In this document: positions 26,485-34,735 of the stretch, one piece after another
Position numbering within the stretch: position 1 is the stretch's first letter
Layout: each line of letters starts with the position of its first letter
From: a virus
Lineage: Duplodnaviria > Caudoviricetes
Direction: 5' to 3' (one strand)
Length of the DNA stretch: 64,000 nucleotides
IMG/VR virus record: IMGVR_UViG_3300049926_000042
Coordinates: 23,316-87,315 of that record
Notes under the pieces: model-generated
What the model was told of the DNA's origin: nothing
The model's database searches: none
What the model saw: the letters and a program-made list of their open reading frames with translations, nothing else
Program-made: the position numbers and the translations under genes

Positions 26485-26835
26485 ATGCGCTCGGCAACTT
26501 CATCCAGATTCCTCAGCGATCTTCGCAACGCGATCTTCGATGAGCGACCCGTCACCATCTCCTATGTCACAGAGTCCGGCGATCACGTCGTCCGGACCAT
26601 CGAGCCCTACTCGATCATGAAGGTCGAGAGTAGCGGGCATCACCTGATCAAGGCCATGGACCGTGAGCGTCTCGCTCACCGGTCCTTCCGGCTGGACCGG
26701 ATCACCGCCTACACCGTGGCCGGTCACCGAAGCAGGTTTCTGATCAACCGACCCAAGCCGGTTGCCGCGCACGAGATTGAGCGCGGCGATTGGTCCGAAG
26801 CAACGTACGACCCGGACGGAGCCTACGGATCATGA
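26485..26835 (+). CDS. Stand-alone WYL-domain protein
   Basis: AI...PVTISY......RTIEPY.......L.A.D..R...RSFRLDRI. Confidence 0.75.
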   Translation: MRSATSSRFLSDLRNAIFDERPVTISYVTESGDHVVRTIEPYSIMKVESSGHHLIKAMDRERLAHRSFRLDRITAYTVAGHRSRFLINRPKPVAAHEIERGDWSEATYDPDGAYGS

Positions 26836-27004
26836 CGACCGTCTCGACCACGAAGCCCGCCCGCCGGAACCTCCGGCGGGCCACGGCAACGAAGAGCTTG
26901 CACGCGATGAGCGATCACCGCTTCTACGCGTATCTGATCTATCGGCTGATCATGGCCGCGTTGATCGCCGCCGTCCTGCTACCGATCACCTGGAAGGCGT
27001 GATC

Positions 27005-27391
27005 ATGAGGAACTTCGATGGACCGTCTCCACTCACACAACTCCAGCAGGAGACGGCCGACCAGTTCGGGTACGGGAGCGCGAGGCTCAGTGCCTCACGC
27101 CGGACCCTAGACGGGGCCTTGGTCAAGGCTTTTGACCTCGGGGTCGAGGCCATGGGCGCCAGGCCGAGGGTTGTCCCCGACCGCCCGGCCAAATACGTCG
27201 TGTCACTGGAGCGCGATTCGATCCAGCTGTACGACGAAGACGATCTTATCCAGTACGACACCAAGGAAGAAGCCGGAGAAGCCATCAGGAACGGCGTCCA
27301 CGGCGAGGCCGGTACGCGATACGTCCTCCGGGTCGAACTGTCCGTGAACGCCACGTACGACCGAGCATGGATCGCGATCCGCAATGACTGA
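27005..27391 (+). CDS. Hypothetical protein
   Basis: TGATCATG coupling to an upstream small ORF. Confidence 0.5.
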   Translation: MRNFDGPSPLTQLQQETADQFGYGSARLSASRRTLDGALVKAFDLGVEAMGARPRVVPDRPAKYVVSLERDSIQLYDEDDLIQYDTKEEAGEAIRNGVHGEAGTRYVLRVELSVNATYDRAWIAIRND

Positions 27392-27685
27392 TCACGAACA
27401 CGTCATCGAGACGACGGCCGCCGATCTCCGGGAGATCATAGAGTCCACCCTCCGGTCTTTCGTGACGTCCGGAGGGGACGGAGACTCAACCGGCGGCGGT
27501 CAGTATCCTCTCGGGTCAGCGATCGAAGAGTCCGGAGGAGAGAAATGAAGATGGAGAGAATCCAGATCCGCAAGACTGCCCGGCCGACCACTACTCGACC
27601 CGAGGACCACCGGACACCTTCCGGCCGTCCGATGCGCTACTGAGACCGGCGTCCCGCCACCCTCTCCGGGCGGGACGCCACCCAA

Positions 27686-27757
27686 GCGTCTGTATCCCAG
27701 TCGGCAGAGGAACAGCCTCAAAAGCTGAAAGCGCGGGTTCGATCCCCGCCAGGCGCA
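27686..27757 (+). tRNA. tRNA-Leu(CAA)-like, atypical (4-bp anticodon stem, short variable region, no encoded CCA)
   Basis: GCGTCTG/CAGGCGC-A acceptor; TCC-CAGTCGGCAGA-GGA D arm; CAGC-CTCAAAA-GCTG anticodon arm; GCGGG-TTCGATC-CCCGC T arm. Confidence 0.6.
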
Positions 27758-27802
27758 CTCAATCCGGGCCGGGCGGCCCGGTTCTCGTGAGGAGACGAGA
27801 TC

Positions 27803-28150
27803 ATGACCCACAACGATGACGTGATCCGGGCACTGGCCACCCTCCGCACCTTCACCGGCGCGCACGGGCACATGCTCCCCGGGCAGATCGTCCAGGCAAT
27901 CAACGTGCTCGACAACGCAGGCGTCTTCGCCGCTCTGGATGAACAGACCGACTACGTCACGGCAGCCGAGATGGCAGCTGAATCCGCCGCGATATCGGCG
28001 ACTGATCCCTGGACGAACATCGCCCCAGACGAAGCACTTCAGGTGATGCACAACACCTGGAACCGGCGCGATGATCACGGCCACCGGGTGACAGTCAAGA
28101 GCGCGGCCGAACGCAAGATGACCGGGGACGACAATCTCCGGTACTCATAA
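27803..28150 (+). CDS. Hypothetical protein
   Basis: GAGGAG RBS and GATCATG start. Confidence 0.55.
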   Translation: MTHNDDVIRALATLRTFTGAHGHMLPGQIVQAINVLDNAGVFAALDEQTDYVTAAEMAAESAAISATDPWTNIAPDEALQVMHNTWNRRDDHGHRVTVKSAAERKMTGDDNLRYS

Positions 28151-28273
28151 CGATCTCCGACACAGCCCCCGCCCGTTGCCCCGTCAGGGAGCACGGTGAC
28201 CAATCCGGAAGGGCGACCTGAAACAGAGAGATCACATCACCCGGATAGGAACCTCAGGAGAGAGGGATCAATC

Positions 28274-28675
28274 ATGATGACTCGCGAGCGTGCGATGAGG
28301 ATCATCAACAACGAGATCACGTTCCACCCTATGTGGAAGATCAGTGCGGAACTTCGTCTCTACGACGCGCTGTTCGGAGGGAACACCTTCGGTCTCAGGT
28401 TCGCGTACGGGTCGGTGGAGACCAACTTCCTCCCGGACTCGGTCGAGCCGGTGGACATCGACATGACGGCCACGTTCGAGTTCGATCCGTATTGGTCGGA
28501 GCAGGATCTTCTGCGCGCCGTCCTCAACACTGCCCTACTCATTCAGGAGCACGAGGCCCGCGAGATGTTCAAGGTCAACGGTGTGGGGGTGTTCAACCCG
28601 CACCGGTTGGACGGGAACGAGGCCTGGGACAACACGGCGAAGGTCACCCAGACCCTTGTCACGTCCTCCGCCTGA
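28274..28675 (+). CDS. Hypothetical phage protein
   Basis: RBS present; HEAREMFKVNG...FNPH pattern; followed by a hairpin at 28685-28717. Confidence 0.6.
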   Translation: MMTRERAMRIINNEITFHPMWKISAELRLYDALFGGNTFGLRFAYGSVETNFLPDSVEPVDIDMTATFEFDPYWSEQDLLRAVLNTALLIQEHEAREMFKVNGVGVFNPHRLDGNEAWDNTAKVTQTLVTSSA

Positions 28676-28775
28676 CGGATCACTTGCCCCCGGCCGTCTC
28701 TTGTGCGGCCGGGGGCACTGCTGAACCTTCGTAGTACATCCATAAATTTTCCCTTGATCGGGAAGGGTCCGGATC

Positions 28776-29045
28776 ATGAACACCGAAGAGCTGTCCCTGT
28801 ACGCCATCGACAGCCACCGCCCTATCGTCGTCAGTCCGGAGATCGTCTGCGCCGTGGCGTTCGCCGCCCGGCTGGGATGGAGCGAGAGGACCACCTACCG
28901 GTTCGTCACCGCCGTGGTGCTGACCGACAATCTTCGCGATCGAGCCCTGTGGCCGGAGATCATGCGCAAGGTCAAGAACCTTCAGGTAAACGCCGACCTG
29001 GCAGCTCTGGAGATCGGCCAAGACGTACGAGGAGACATCGAGTAG
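28776..29045 (+). CDS. Hypothetical protein
   Basis: GGGAAGGG RBS and GATCATG start. Confidence 0.5.
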   Translation: MNTEELSLYAIDSHRPIVVSPEIVCAVAFAARLGWSERTTYRFVTAVVLTDNLRDRALWPEIMRKVKNLQVNADLAALEIGQDVRGDIE

Positions 29046-29047
29046 TC

Positions 29048-29524
29048 ATGAGGGACGTCCTCGAAACCCAGCTCCGGATGTTCGCCGACCCGATGGCGAT
29101 CGTCGTCAAGACGGAACGCAAGGCCGGATGGTCGGACGAGAGGCTCCAGAAGGAGCACACCACGGCCGTCAAGAAAGCGATCACCGATCAACGGCTGAAG
29201 CTGGTCGAGTGGCGCGAACAGGACGATCTCAAGACGATCGAGGCCGGGAAGTGGAAGGACCCCGAATGGGCGGAGGTCGGCAACTGGGCGTACGGACAAG
29301 GCGCGGCAAGGAAGGCTGCCGCCCTGGCCGAACACGCCGAACGGTTCGCCAACATGCGCAAGATCGAAGGGACCCTGAGGGACCCCACCTACTTCAGCAG
29401 AGTGACACCGGCCAAAGCCCGCGAGGGATTCGCCAAGGTCGGGTACGCCAAGGACCCGGCAGCGGCCGGTGCCAAAATCATGAGCAAGTACGGCGATCAC
29501 GCCGTCACGTTCGAGGAGATCTGA
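29048..29524 (+). CDS. Hypothetical protein
   Basis: ATG 2 nt after the previous stop; GC3-biased codons. Confidence 0.55.
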   Translation: MRDVLETQLRMFADPMAIVVKTERKAGWSDERLQKEHTTAVKKAITDQRLKLVEWREQDDLKTIEAGKWKDPEWAEVGNWAYGQGAARKAAALAEHAERFANMRKIEGTLRDPTYFSRVTPAKAREGFAKVGYAKDPAAAGAKIMSKYGDHAVTFEEI

Positions 29525-29526
29525 TC

Positions 29527-29889
29527 ATGGTGTTTCTTGAGAACGCCGACCCGCCCAAGCACACCGGCGGCGAGAGGTTCACCCGGTCATTCGCCCTGCG
29601 CGAGCAAGGCAGTGACTACGACATCCGGGGTGAGTACGTCCAGTTCGAGTTCCGCCCCGAGATGGTGTACGTCGTCTGGGAGCGCGCGTTGGGCGGTACC
29701 TGGCAGCGCGCGAACTATTTCAAACGAGGCAGCAGGATCGAGGGCCACCGCGTGCTGAAGTCGGGTGAGCTGGGAGATCAGACGGCAATGGCTCAGGTCT
29801 TCACCCGTCAGGAGTTCACCGACTACGCCCATAGCATCCCCGGTCTCGTCGAGGCCGTGAAAGAGGCCGAGAAAGGCCTCCCCGAGTAA
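29527..29889 (+). CDS. Hypothetical protein
   Basis: TGATCATG coupling. Confidence 0.55.
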   Translation: MVFLENADPPKHTGGERFTRSFALREQGSDYDIRGEYVQFEFRPEMVYVVWERALGGTWQRANYFKRGSRIEGHRVLKSGELGDQTAMAQVFTRQEFTDYAHSIPGLVEAVKEAEKGLPE

Positions 29890-30071
29890 TCATCGGCCGG
29901 ACAGGCACAGAGAGGCTTGATCATGGCAATCGTGACGATCTTCATAGAGATCGACACCGACACCCCTGTCGAGGCGATCACCTCCGCCTACAACGACATC
30001 CCCCGTGAGTTCAACATCGTCGGACAGACGATCGACGACGTACCCGTGGACGAGGAAGGAGACCCGATCTG

Positions 30072-30389
30072 ATGGCGAACGCCGCGTCCGTGAGTAGGTT
30101 CCTCGGGGAGCTGATGAACACCCGGAGCATGACCTATACGACCCGGGTCAAGGGCTGGAATCACTTCACCGCCGGGTATCAGGTCACCAGGTACAACGAC
30201 AAGGGGATCGTCAAGGTCGAGCACACCATGGGGGACGGACGCTCGACGATGGCGTTCCCCGAACGCCGGGCCGGGGTCGCAGCGAAGATCGAGGAATATC
30301 GCAAGGAACTGTCTGAGCGATACGACGTCGAGGTCTGCAACGCCGACAACCCGAGCGGGGTGCCCTATCTGCTGGTCCGCTCGTACTGA
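30072..30389 (+). CDS. Hypothetical protein
   Basis: TGATG coupling to a small upstream ORF (29923-30072). Confidence 0.55.
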   Translation: MANAASVSRFLGELMNTRSMTYTTRVKGWNHFTAGYQVTRYNDKGIVKVEHTMGDGRSTMAFPERRAGVAAKIEEYRKELSERYDVEVCNADNPSGVPYLLVRSY

Positions 30390-30431
30390 CGTAAGACGGC
30401 TGACGGCGGGAGCCGACAATCCCGCCACCCC

Positions 30432-30500
30432 GGGCCCGTAGCTCAACGGCAGTAGCAAGCCTCGTTGCAGACGACTCCGGTTCGACTCCGGACGGGTCCA
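30432..30500 (+). tRNA. Degenerate tRNA-like element (possible GCA loop, defective anticodon arm)
   Basis: GGGCCCG/CGGGTCC-A acceptor; TAGCTCAACGGCAGTAGC D region; TCCGG-TTCGACT-CCGGA T arm; only a TCG/CGA stem around TTGCAGA. Confidence 0.55.
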
Positions 30501-30541
30501 CGCATCACCTCATCACCCCTAAGGATCAAGGGAGTCGGATC

Positions 30542-30772
30542 ATGTCGGAAGCATACCGACGCGCACGACGGGACAAGGACGGCACCGCCGCCGGGCAGGC
30601 GATCATGGACGCCGTCTCGGGGAACTACAGCTCGGACGCGGTGCAGAGCTTGCATCACGTAGCCCGGATGAATCAGACGGAGATCAACGCTCCGGATATC
30701 GAGGAGGAGGAGGCCCAGACCGCCAACGTCCAGGTGAACAACTTCTTCGGCCGGGGGAGGCGGAAGGCATGA
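30542..30772 (+). CDS. Hypothetical protein
   Basis: GGGAG RBS and GATCATG start. Confidence 0.5.
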   Translation: MSEAYRRARRDKDGTAAGQAIMDAVSGNYSSDAVQSLHHVARMNQTEINAPDIEEEEAQTANVQVNNFFGRGRRKA

Positions 30773-31017
30773 GGGCTGTCAAGACCAACGCCTTCATCTG
30801 GGCAGCCGTGATCGTGGTCATCGGGCTTAACGAGAGCCTGGCACTGCCTGCCGCAATCGTCGGCTTTCTGTTCGCGGTCATTCCGGCGTTCACCGCTCCC
30901 AAGGTGGTCCCGGTCAGCAACCACGAGAACGGCCACCACGCCGGAACGCTGTACCGGCTGGAGCATCCCGGCCAGCATCAGATGCCCCGCAATCCGTTGC
31001 CGGGCGACTACAAGTAG
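30769..31017 (+). CDS. Small membrane protein
   Basis: Two hydrophobic segments; ATGA overlap. Confidence 0.5.
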   Translation: MRAVKTNAFIWAAVIVVIGLNESLALPAAIVGFLFAVIPAFTAPKVVPVSNHENGHHAGTLYRLEHPGQHQMPRNPLPGDYK

Positions 31018-31054
31018 ATAGCATCGGCCGGACGGGAGCCGTAATCCCGTCACC

Positions 31055-31125
31055 GCCCCTGTAGCTCAATGGCAGAGCCGCTGTTTCGTAATCAGCAGAC
31101 GTCGGTTCGACACCGGCCGGGGGCT
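31055..31125 (+). tRNA. tRNA-Thr(CGT), no encoded CCA
   Basis: GCCCCTG/CGGGGGC acceptor; GCTC-AATGGCA-GAGC D arm; GCTGT-TTCGTAA-TCAGC anticodon arm; GTCGG-TTCGACA-CCGGC T arm. Confidence 0.8.
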
Positions 31126-31155
31126 CTTGTGTTGCCCGGAGAGGGAGAAAGGATC

Positions 31156-31401
31156 ATGAGCAGACACGACTACATCTATCAGGGCGTGATCGTCGATACG
31201 GTCGACCACAAACGTGGAAGTCTGTGGGGTCATGCCCGGGATGACGATGAAGAGATCCACCCCAAGGATCTGATCGACACCGCGATTCGGAAGTTCACCG
31301 AGGACCCTCAGCTGATCGCGAAGGGCTGGGACAAAGACAAGATCAAAGTCACCTGGTTCGTCTGGACCGAAGACCCGATACACGAGATCGAAGAGGACTG
31401 A
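31156..31401 (+). CDS. Hypothetical protein
   Basis: Start placed at ATG 31156 (GGAGAAAGG RBS), downstream of the tRNA. Confidence 0.55.
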   Translation: MSRHDYIYQGVIVDTVDHKRGSLWGHARDDDEEIHPKDLIDTAIRKFTEDPQLIAKGWDKDKIKVTWFVWTEDPIHEIEED

Positions 31402-31403
31402 TC

Positions 31404-31622
31404 ATGGAGCGCGGTTTCGAGATCTTGACGCTGCCCTACATGCCCGCGTATCACACCTGGCAGGAACACCTCGACGGATGCGCGCAGTGTCTCAAGGTCG
31501 AATTGCGTGCGACGCAGGGGGAGATGGTTCCGGACAGCGAACTCTGCTCGATCGGTGAGCCCCTGGTTCACGAGCTGGAGGACGCGATCTTTCAGCAGCA
31601 CATCCTGTCCGTACAGAACTGA
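31404..31622 (+). CDS. Small Cys/His protein
   Basis: HL.GCAQC...C motif; TGATCATG coupling. Confidence 0.5.
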   Translation: MERGFEILTLPYMPAYHTWQEHLDGCAQCLKVELRATQGEMVPDSELCSIGEPLVHELEDAIFQQHILSVQN

Positions 31623-31989
31623 GGAGAGTTCATGTGGGTCTGGGTGATCGACGCGGCTCTGGGGATGGCCGGTTACGGGGGCGTCAAGGCGACGCTCAAG
31701 TACCTCGCCACCGGCCAGAAGCCGGGTGACGGAAAGTCCAAGAAGGGCGGAAAGTGATCATGGCGTGGTTCAGGAAGAACGACACCGAGGACAGTGCGCG
31801 GGACATGGTCGGCCGGAACCCGACCGGACGTGAGCGCAGGCCTTCGGCCGGTCAGCGTCGCAAGGCGGCGCGTCGACTCGAACAGGATCTGAAGGGATCC
31901 AAGTACGAACGATGATCCGGCTACTGGGCATGGTGGGCGTCTCCGGACGTCCACCGTGCCAGGCAACCGGCCTGAGTAGGAGGAACATC

Positions 31990-32184
31990 ATGGGTCTCAG
32001 ATTCCGGAAGAGGTTCAAGCTCTTCCCCGGTGTCTTCATCAACGTGAGCAAGTCAGGGCTGTCGACCACCCTCAAGGCGGGGCCGGTCAGTCACACCACC
32101 GGCCACGGCCGGAAGACCACCTCCGTCAACCTGCCCGGCCCGTTCGGCTGGACGAAGACGACCAGGAAGGGGCGCCAGTCATGA
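31990..32184 (+). CDS. DUF4236 domain protein
   Basis: MGLRFRKRFKLFPGVFINVSKSGLS...GRKTTSVNLPGPFGW. Confidence 0.75.
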   Translation: MGLRFRKRFKLFPGVFINVSKSGLSTTLKAGPVSHTTGHGRKTTSVNLPGPFGWTKTTRKGRQS

Positions 32185-32630
32185 CACAGTCAGGAGTCCA
32201 CAAGGCACCGGCCCGGGTGTACCCGACCGACCCCAAGAAGGTGGCCGCAGAGACCCTGCGGCTGATCCGGCTCAACTGGGAACGGTTCGACATGCATACC
32301 TGGGCGGACCTGGAGGAAGACGCCGTGGTCTTTCCGGACGGGGACTACTGCGGCACATCCATGTGCGCGGCCGGGTGGGCAGTCCACGCTGCCGGATGGG
32401 TGATCAAGTTCATTTTCAGCGAGCGTGGTGAATGGATGGTCAGGACCACGGACCCGGAGAGCGGGGAAGAGCTGAGCATCCCCTTCGCCGCTGCCAAGAT
32501 CCTTAATCTGACCTACGACCAGACGTTCTGGTTCGCCTCGGAAGAGGCGGCCCTCAACCGTCTGCAAGCCATCGCCGACGGACACCCCGTCAGCAACTTC
32601 GAAAGCGGGAGGCGGGACGAGCAGTCATGA
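32181..32630 (+). CDS. Hypothetical phage protein
   Basis: FDMHTW...CGTSMCAAGWAV...AAKIL.L pattern. Confidence 0.6.
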   Translation: MTQSGVHKAPARVYPTDPKKVAAETLRLIRLNWERFDMHTWADLEEDAVVFPDGDYCGTSMCAAGWAVHAAGWVIKFIFSERGEWMVRTTDPESGEELSIPFAAAKILNLTYDQTFWFASEEAALNRLQAIADGHPVSNFESGRRDEQS

Positions 32631-33058
32631 ACAACACCGAGCGCCTACTCTCCGACGCACTGATCAAGGGGCTCGGGTACACCCGCGAAGCGGCCGATCA
32701 CACCGTGATCGAATACCGGATCGATGTCCTGGAGGACAGTGATCACGAGGCGTACCGGATCCTGGCCGACAACATCAGGTCAGCGATCCGGGAGGACGGC
32801 ACAGACCCCTGCGTCTGGACGGCCGGTCGGTCGGAGTTGTCGGCGATCACGCTATATGTGCTCTGGCTGCCAGACATGATCAAGCATCAGACGGCCGGAA
32901 ACATCTACAGGGAGTGGATCAACTCTCGGACACCCGGTCAGTGGGAAATGGCGTCAAAGATCGCCGACTCCATAGACCCCTTCGAACGAAGTAGCGGAGG
33001 CCAGTGGATCCGCAAGAGCGACGGTCTGCCGGTCCCCTGGCCGATCGTCCGAGACTGA
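32627..33058 (+). CDS. Hypothetical protein
   Basis: ATGA overlap with the upstream gene. Confidence 0.5.
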   Translation: MNNTERLLSDALIKGLGYTREAADHTVIEYRIDVLEDSDHEAYRILADNIRSAIREDGTDPCVWTAGRSELSAITLYVLWLPDMIKHQTAGNIYREWINSRTPGQWEMASKIADSIDPFERSSGGQWIRKSDGLPVPWPIVRD

Positions 33059-33076
33059 AGAACGAGGAGAAAGATC

Positions 33077-33328
33077 ATGACCACAACCGCAGGCCTGAAC
33101 CTCGGGGATCTCGTGCATGAGGATCTCAACATGGGGGACGGCGAATACACCCGCCGGACCGTCGAGGTGACCACGATCGAGGACGGCGAGGTCTTCTACC
33201 GGGCCTTCCCCCGTCAGGTCTACTTCGTGACCGGCGTGGACGTCCTGACCCGTAAGAAGGTCAAGTGGACGAAGACCCCCTACGACCAGATGAGTGTCAC
33301 CCGGGCGGTGGATCTGCCCAAGATCTGA
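33077..33328 (+). CDS. Hypothetical protein
   Basis: GAGGAG RBS and GATCATG start. Confidence 0.55.
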   Translation: MTTTAGLNLGDLVHEDLNMGDGEYTRRTVEVTTIEDGEVFYRAFPRQVYFVTGVDVLTRKKVKWTKTPYDQMSVTRAVDLPKI

Positions 33329-33384
33329 GACACTGCGGCCGGGAGCCGCTGCGGCGAGAGCACCCGCAGTGTCTCCCGGATCGT

Positions 33385-33464
33385 TCCTGGATAGCTCAAC
33401 ATGGCAGAGCGCCGCTGGGGCCGCACCCTGGGGGACGAAGCGGGTTCGAGACCTGCTCCAGGAG
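33385..33464 (+). ncRNA. tRNA-like RNA with intact acceptor, D and T arms but no canonical anticodon arm
   Basis: TCCTGGA/TCCAGGA acceptor; GCTC-AACATGGCA-GAGC D arm; GCGGG-TTCGAGA-CCTGC T arm; G/C-rich middle GCCGCTGGGGCCGCACCCTGGGGGACGAA. Confidence 0.6.
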
Positions 33465-33516
33465 CTTCGGCCGGTCAAGATCGTCTTGGCCGGTCAACAT
33501 CAAACTAAGGAAGATC

Positions 33517-34008
33517 ATGAGCAGGACCAAAGACCAGGCCAGCCGGATAGCGCTCGCCTCCATAGCAGCCGTCGCGGTCCTGCTGTGCATCTTCGTGTTC
33601 GCCGCATGCGGAACCACCACTACTCCGGGGTCTTCATCGGTCAGCGGGAGTCCGAGTACGTCGGCACCGGCCGAAACGATCAGTTCCCCCAAGAAGGATG
33701 TCGCCGACTGGTACGCCACCGTCGGGCCCGACGTCGACACCTTCATCGCCGATCTGGAGGCCGGAGACTACAGCCACGCCGGTCTCACCCAGATGATCGC
33801 TGATGTCCACGCCCTGCAAGTCGATCCGCCGTTCCCCGCGAGCGCTCCGTTCTCCGTCCAACAGTCCTGGAGCAATGCCCTAGACGACTTCAAAACCGGA
33901 CTGGTGGCCGCACAGAACGGCGATCAGGAGACCGGGGCATCCAAGCTCATGGACGGCACCAGCGAGCTATCGGCGGTGACCGACTACGTCAACAGCCTGA
34001 ACACCTGA
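33517..34008 (+). CDS. Putative lipoprotein
   Basis: Lipobox-like FAAC after a hydrophobic stretch; Ser/Thr linker; helical domain. Confidence 0.65.
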   Translation: MSRTKDQASRIALASIAAVAVLLCIFVFAACGTTTTPGSSSVSGSPSTSAPAETISSPKKDVADWYATVGPDVDTFIADLEAGDYSHAGLTQMIADVHALQVDPPFPASAPFSVQQSWSNALDDFKTGLVAAQNGDQETGASKLMDGTSELSAVTDYVNSLNT

Positions 34009-34017
34009 GCAAGAAAG

Positions 34018-34063
34018 AGCCGCTGTCCCTGGCCTGAGCCGGGGACAGCGGCTTTTTCTTTTT
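34018..34063 (+). terminator. Intrinsic terminator
   Basis: AGCCGCTGTCCC / GGGACAGCGGCT stem followed by a long T tract. Confidence 0.85.
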
Positions 34064-34115
34064 GTCAAGAGGGAGGATGGTTGTACAAAACTACGAGCGC
34101 TGAAAGGGGGCCTGT

Positions 34116-34544
34116 ATGGACAGCCTCTGGTCAGCGATCCGAACAGACTGGCACGAAAATGCCGCTTGCTTCGGGACATTCAACCCGATCTTCATGCCAG
34201 CAGTGGAGACGGATGCCCTCCTGGAGACCGTCCGCAGCCTGTTCTGCGATCACTGCCCGGTCAGAGCCAAATGCCTCAACTCAGCATTGATCAACAACGA
34301 CACCGGATTCTGGGGTGGCACATCCACCGAGATCCGGCAGGCGATGAAGCGCAAGCGTCACAGAGCCAAGTGCCCGGCCTGCCTGAGCATCCGGCTCGTG
34401 ATCATCGATGAGGACGAGACCGACAACGTCTCGCCCTATGAGGTCTGTCTCGCCTGTGGCGCGTCCTGGAAGGGCGAGTCACACCCGGCACCGGCCACGG
34501 TTCAAGAGCCACCTACCGTGGAGGCCGAACTCTCATGTGCATGA
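34116..34544 (+). CDS. whiB: WhiB-family Fe-S regulator with an extra C-terminal zinc ribbon
   Basis: WHENAAC...CDHCPVRAKC...GFWGGT, then CPAC...CLAC. Confidence 0.8.
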   Translation: MDSLWSAIRTDWHENAACFGTFNPIFMPAVETDALLETVRSLFCDHCPVRAKCLNSALINNDTGFWGGTSTEIRQAMKRKRHRAKCPACLSIRLVIIDEDETDNVSPYEVCLACGASWKGESHPAPATVQEPPTVEAELSCA

Positions 34545-34735
34545 CCCTCGAAGAACTGTCCGATCACACCGCCAACGTCCGAGCCTGCCTCGACGCCAAG
34601 CGTCACCAGCTGGCCGATCTCGACCCGGCCACGGCAGCCGTCGTGACTTCTCAGATCAAAGCTCTGACTCCCCGGGTAGCAGAGCTGGAAGCCGCCTGCG
34701 ATGCTCTCAGGCGGCTTCCCGTTGTGGCTGCTTAG
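34541..34735 (+). CDS. Small coiled-coil protein
   Basis: ATGA overlap with whiB; last + strand gene before the convergence point. Confidence 0.45.
   Translation: MTLEELSDHTANVRACLDAKRHQLADLDPATAAVVTSQIKALTPRVAELEAACDALRRLPVVAA

Noticed and set aside
31069-31155. 5' part of ORF 31069-31401
   Set aside because: It overlaps tRNA-Thr(CGT); the better start is ATG 31156 with an RBS.
22225-33464. Calling the tRNA-like elements YrlA Y RNAs
   Set aside because: YrlA is expected to be circularly permuted (T arm before D arm, closed acceptor stem); these elements keep normal tRNA order.
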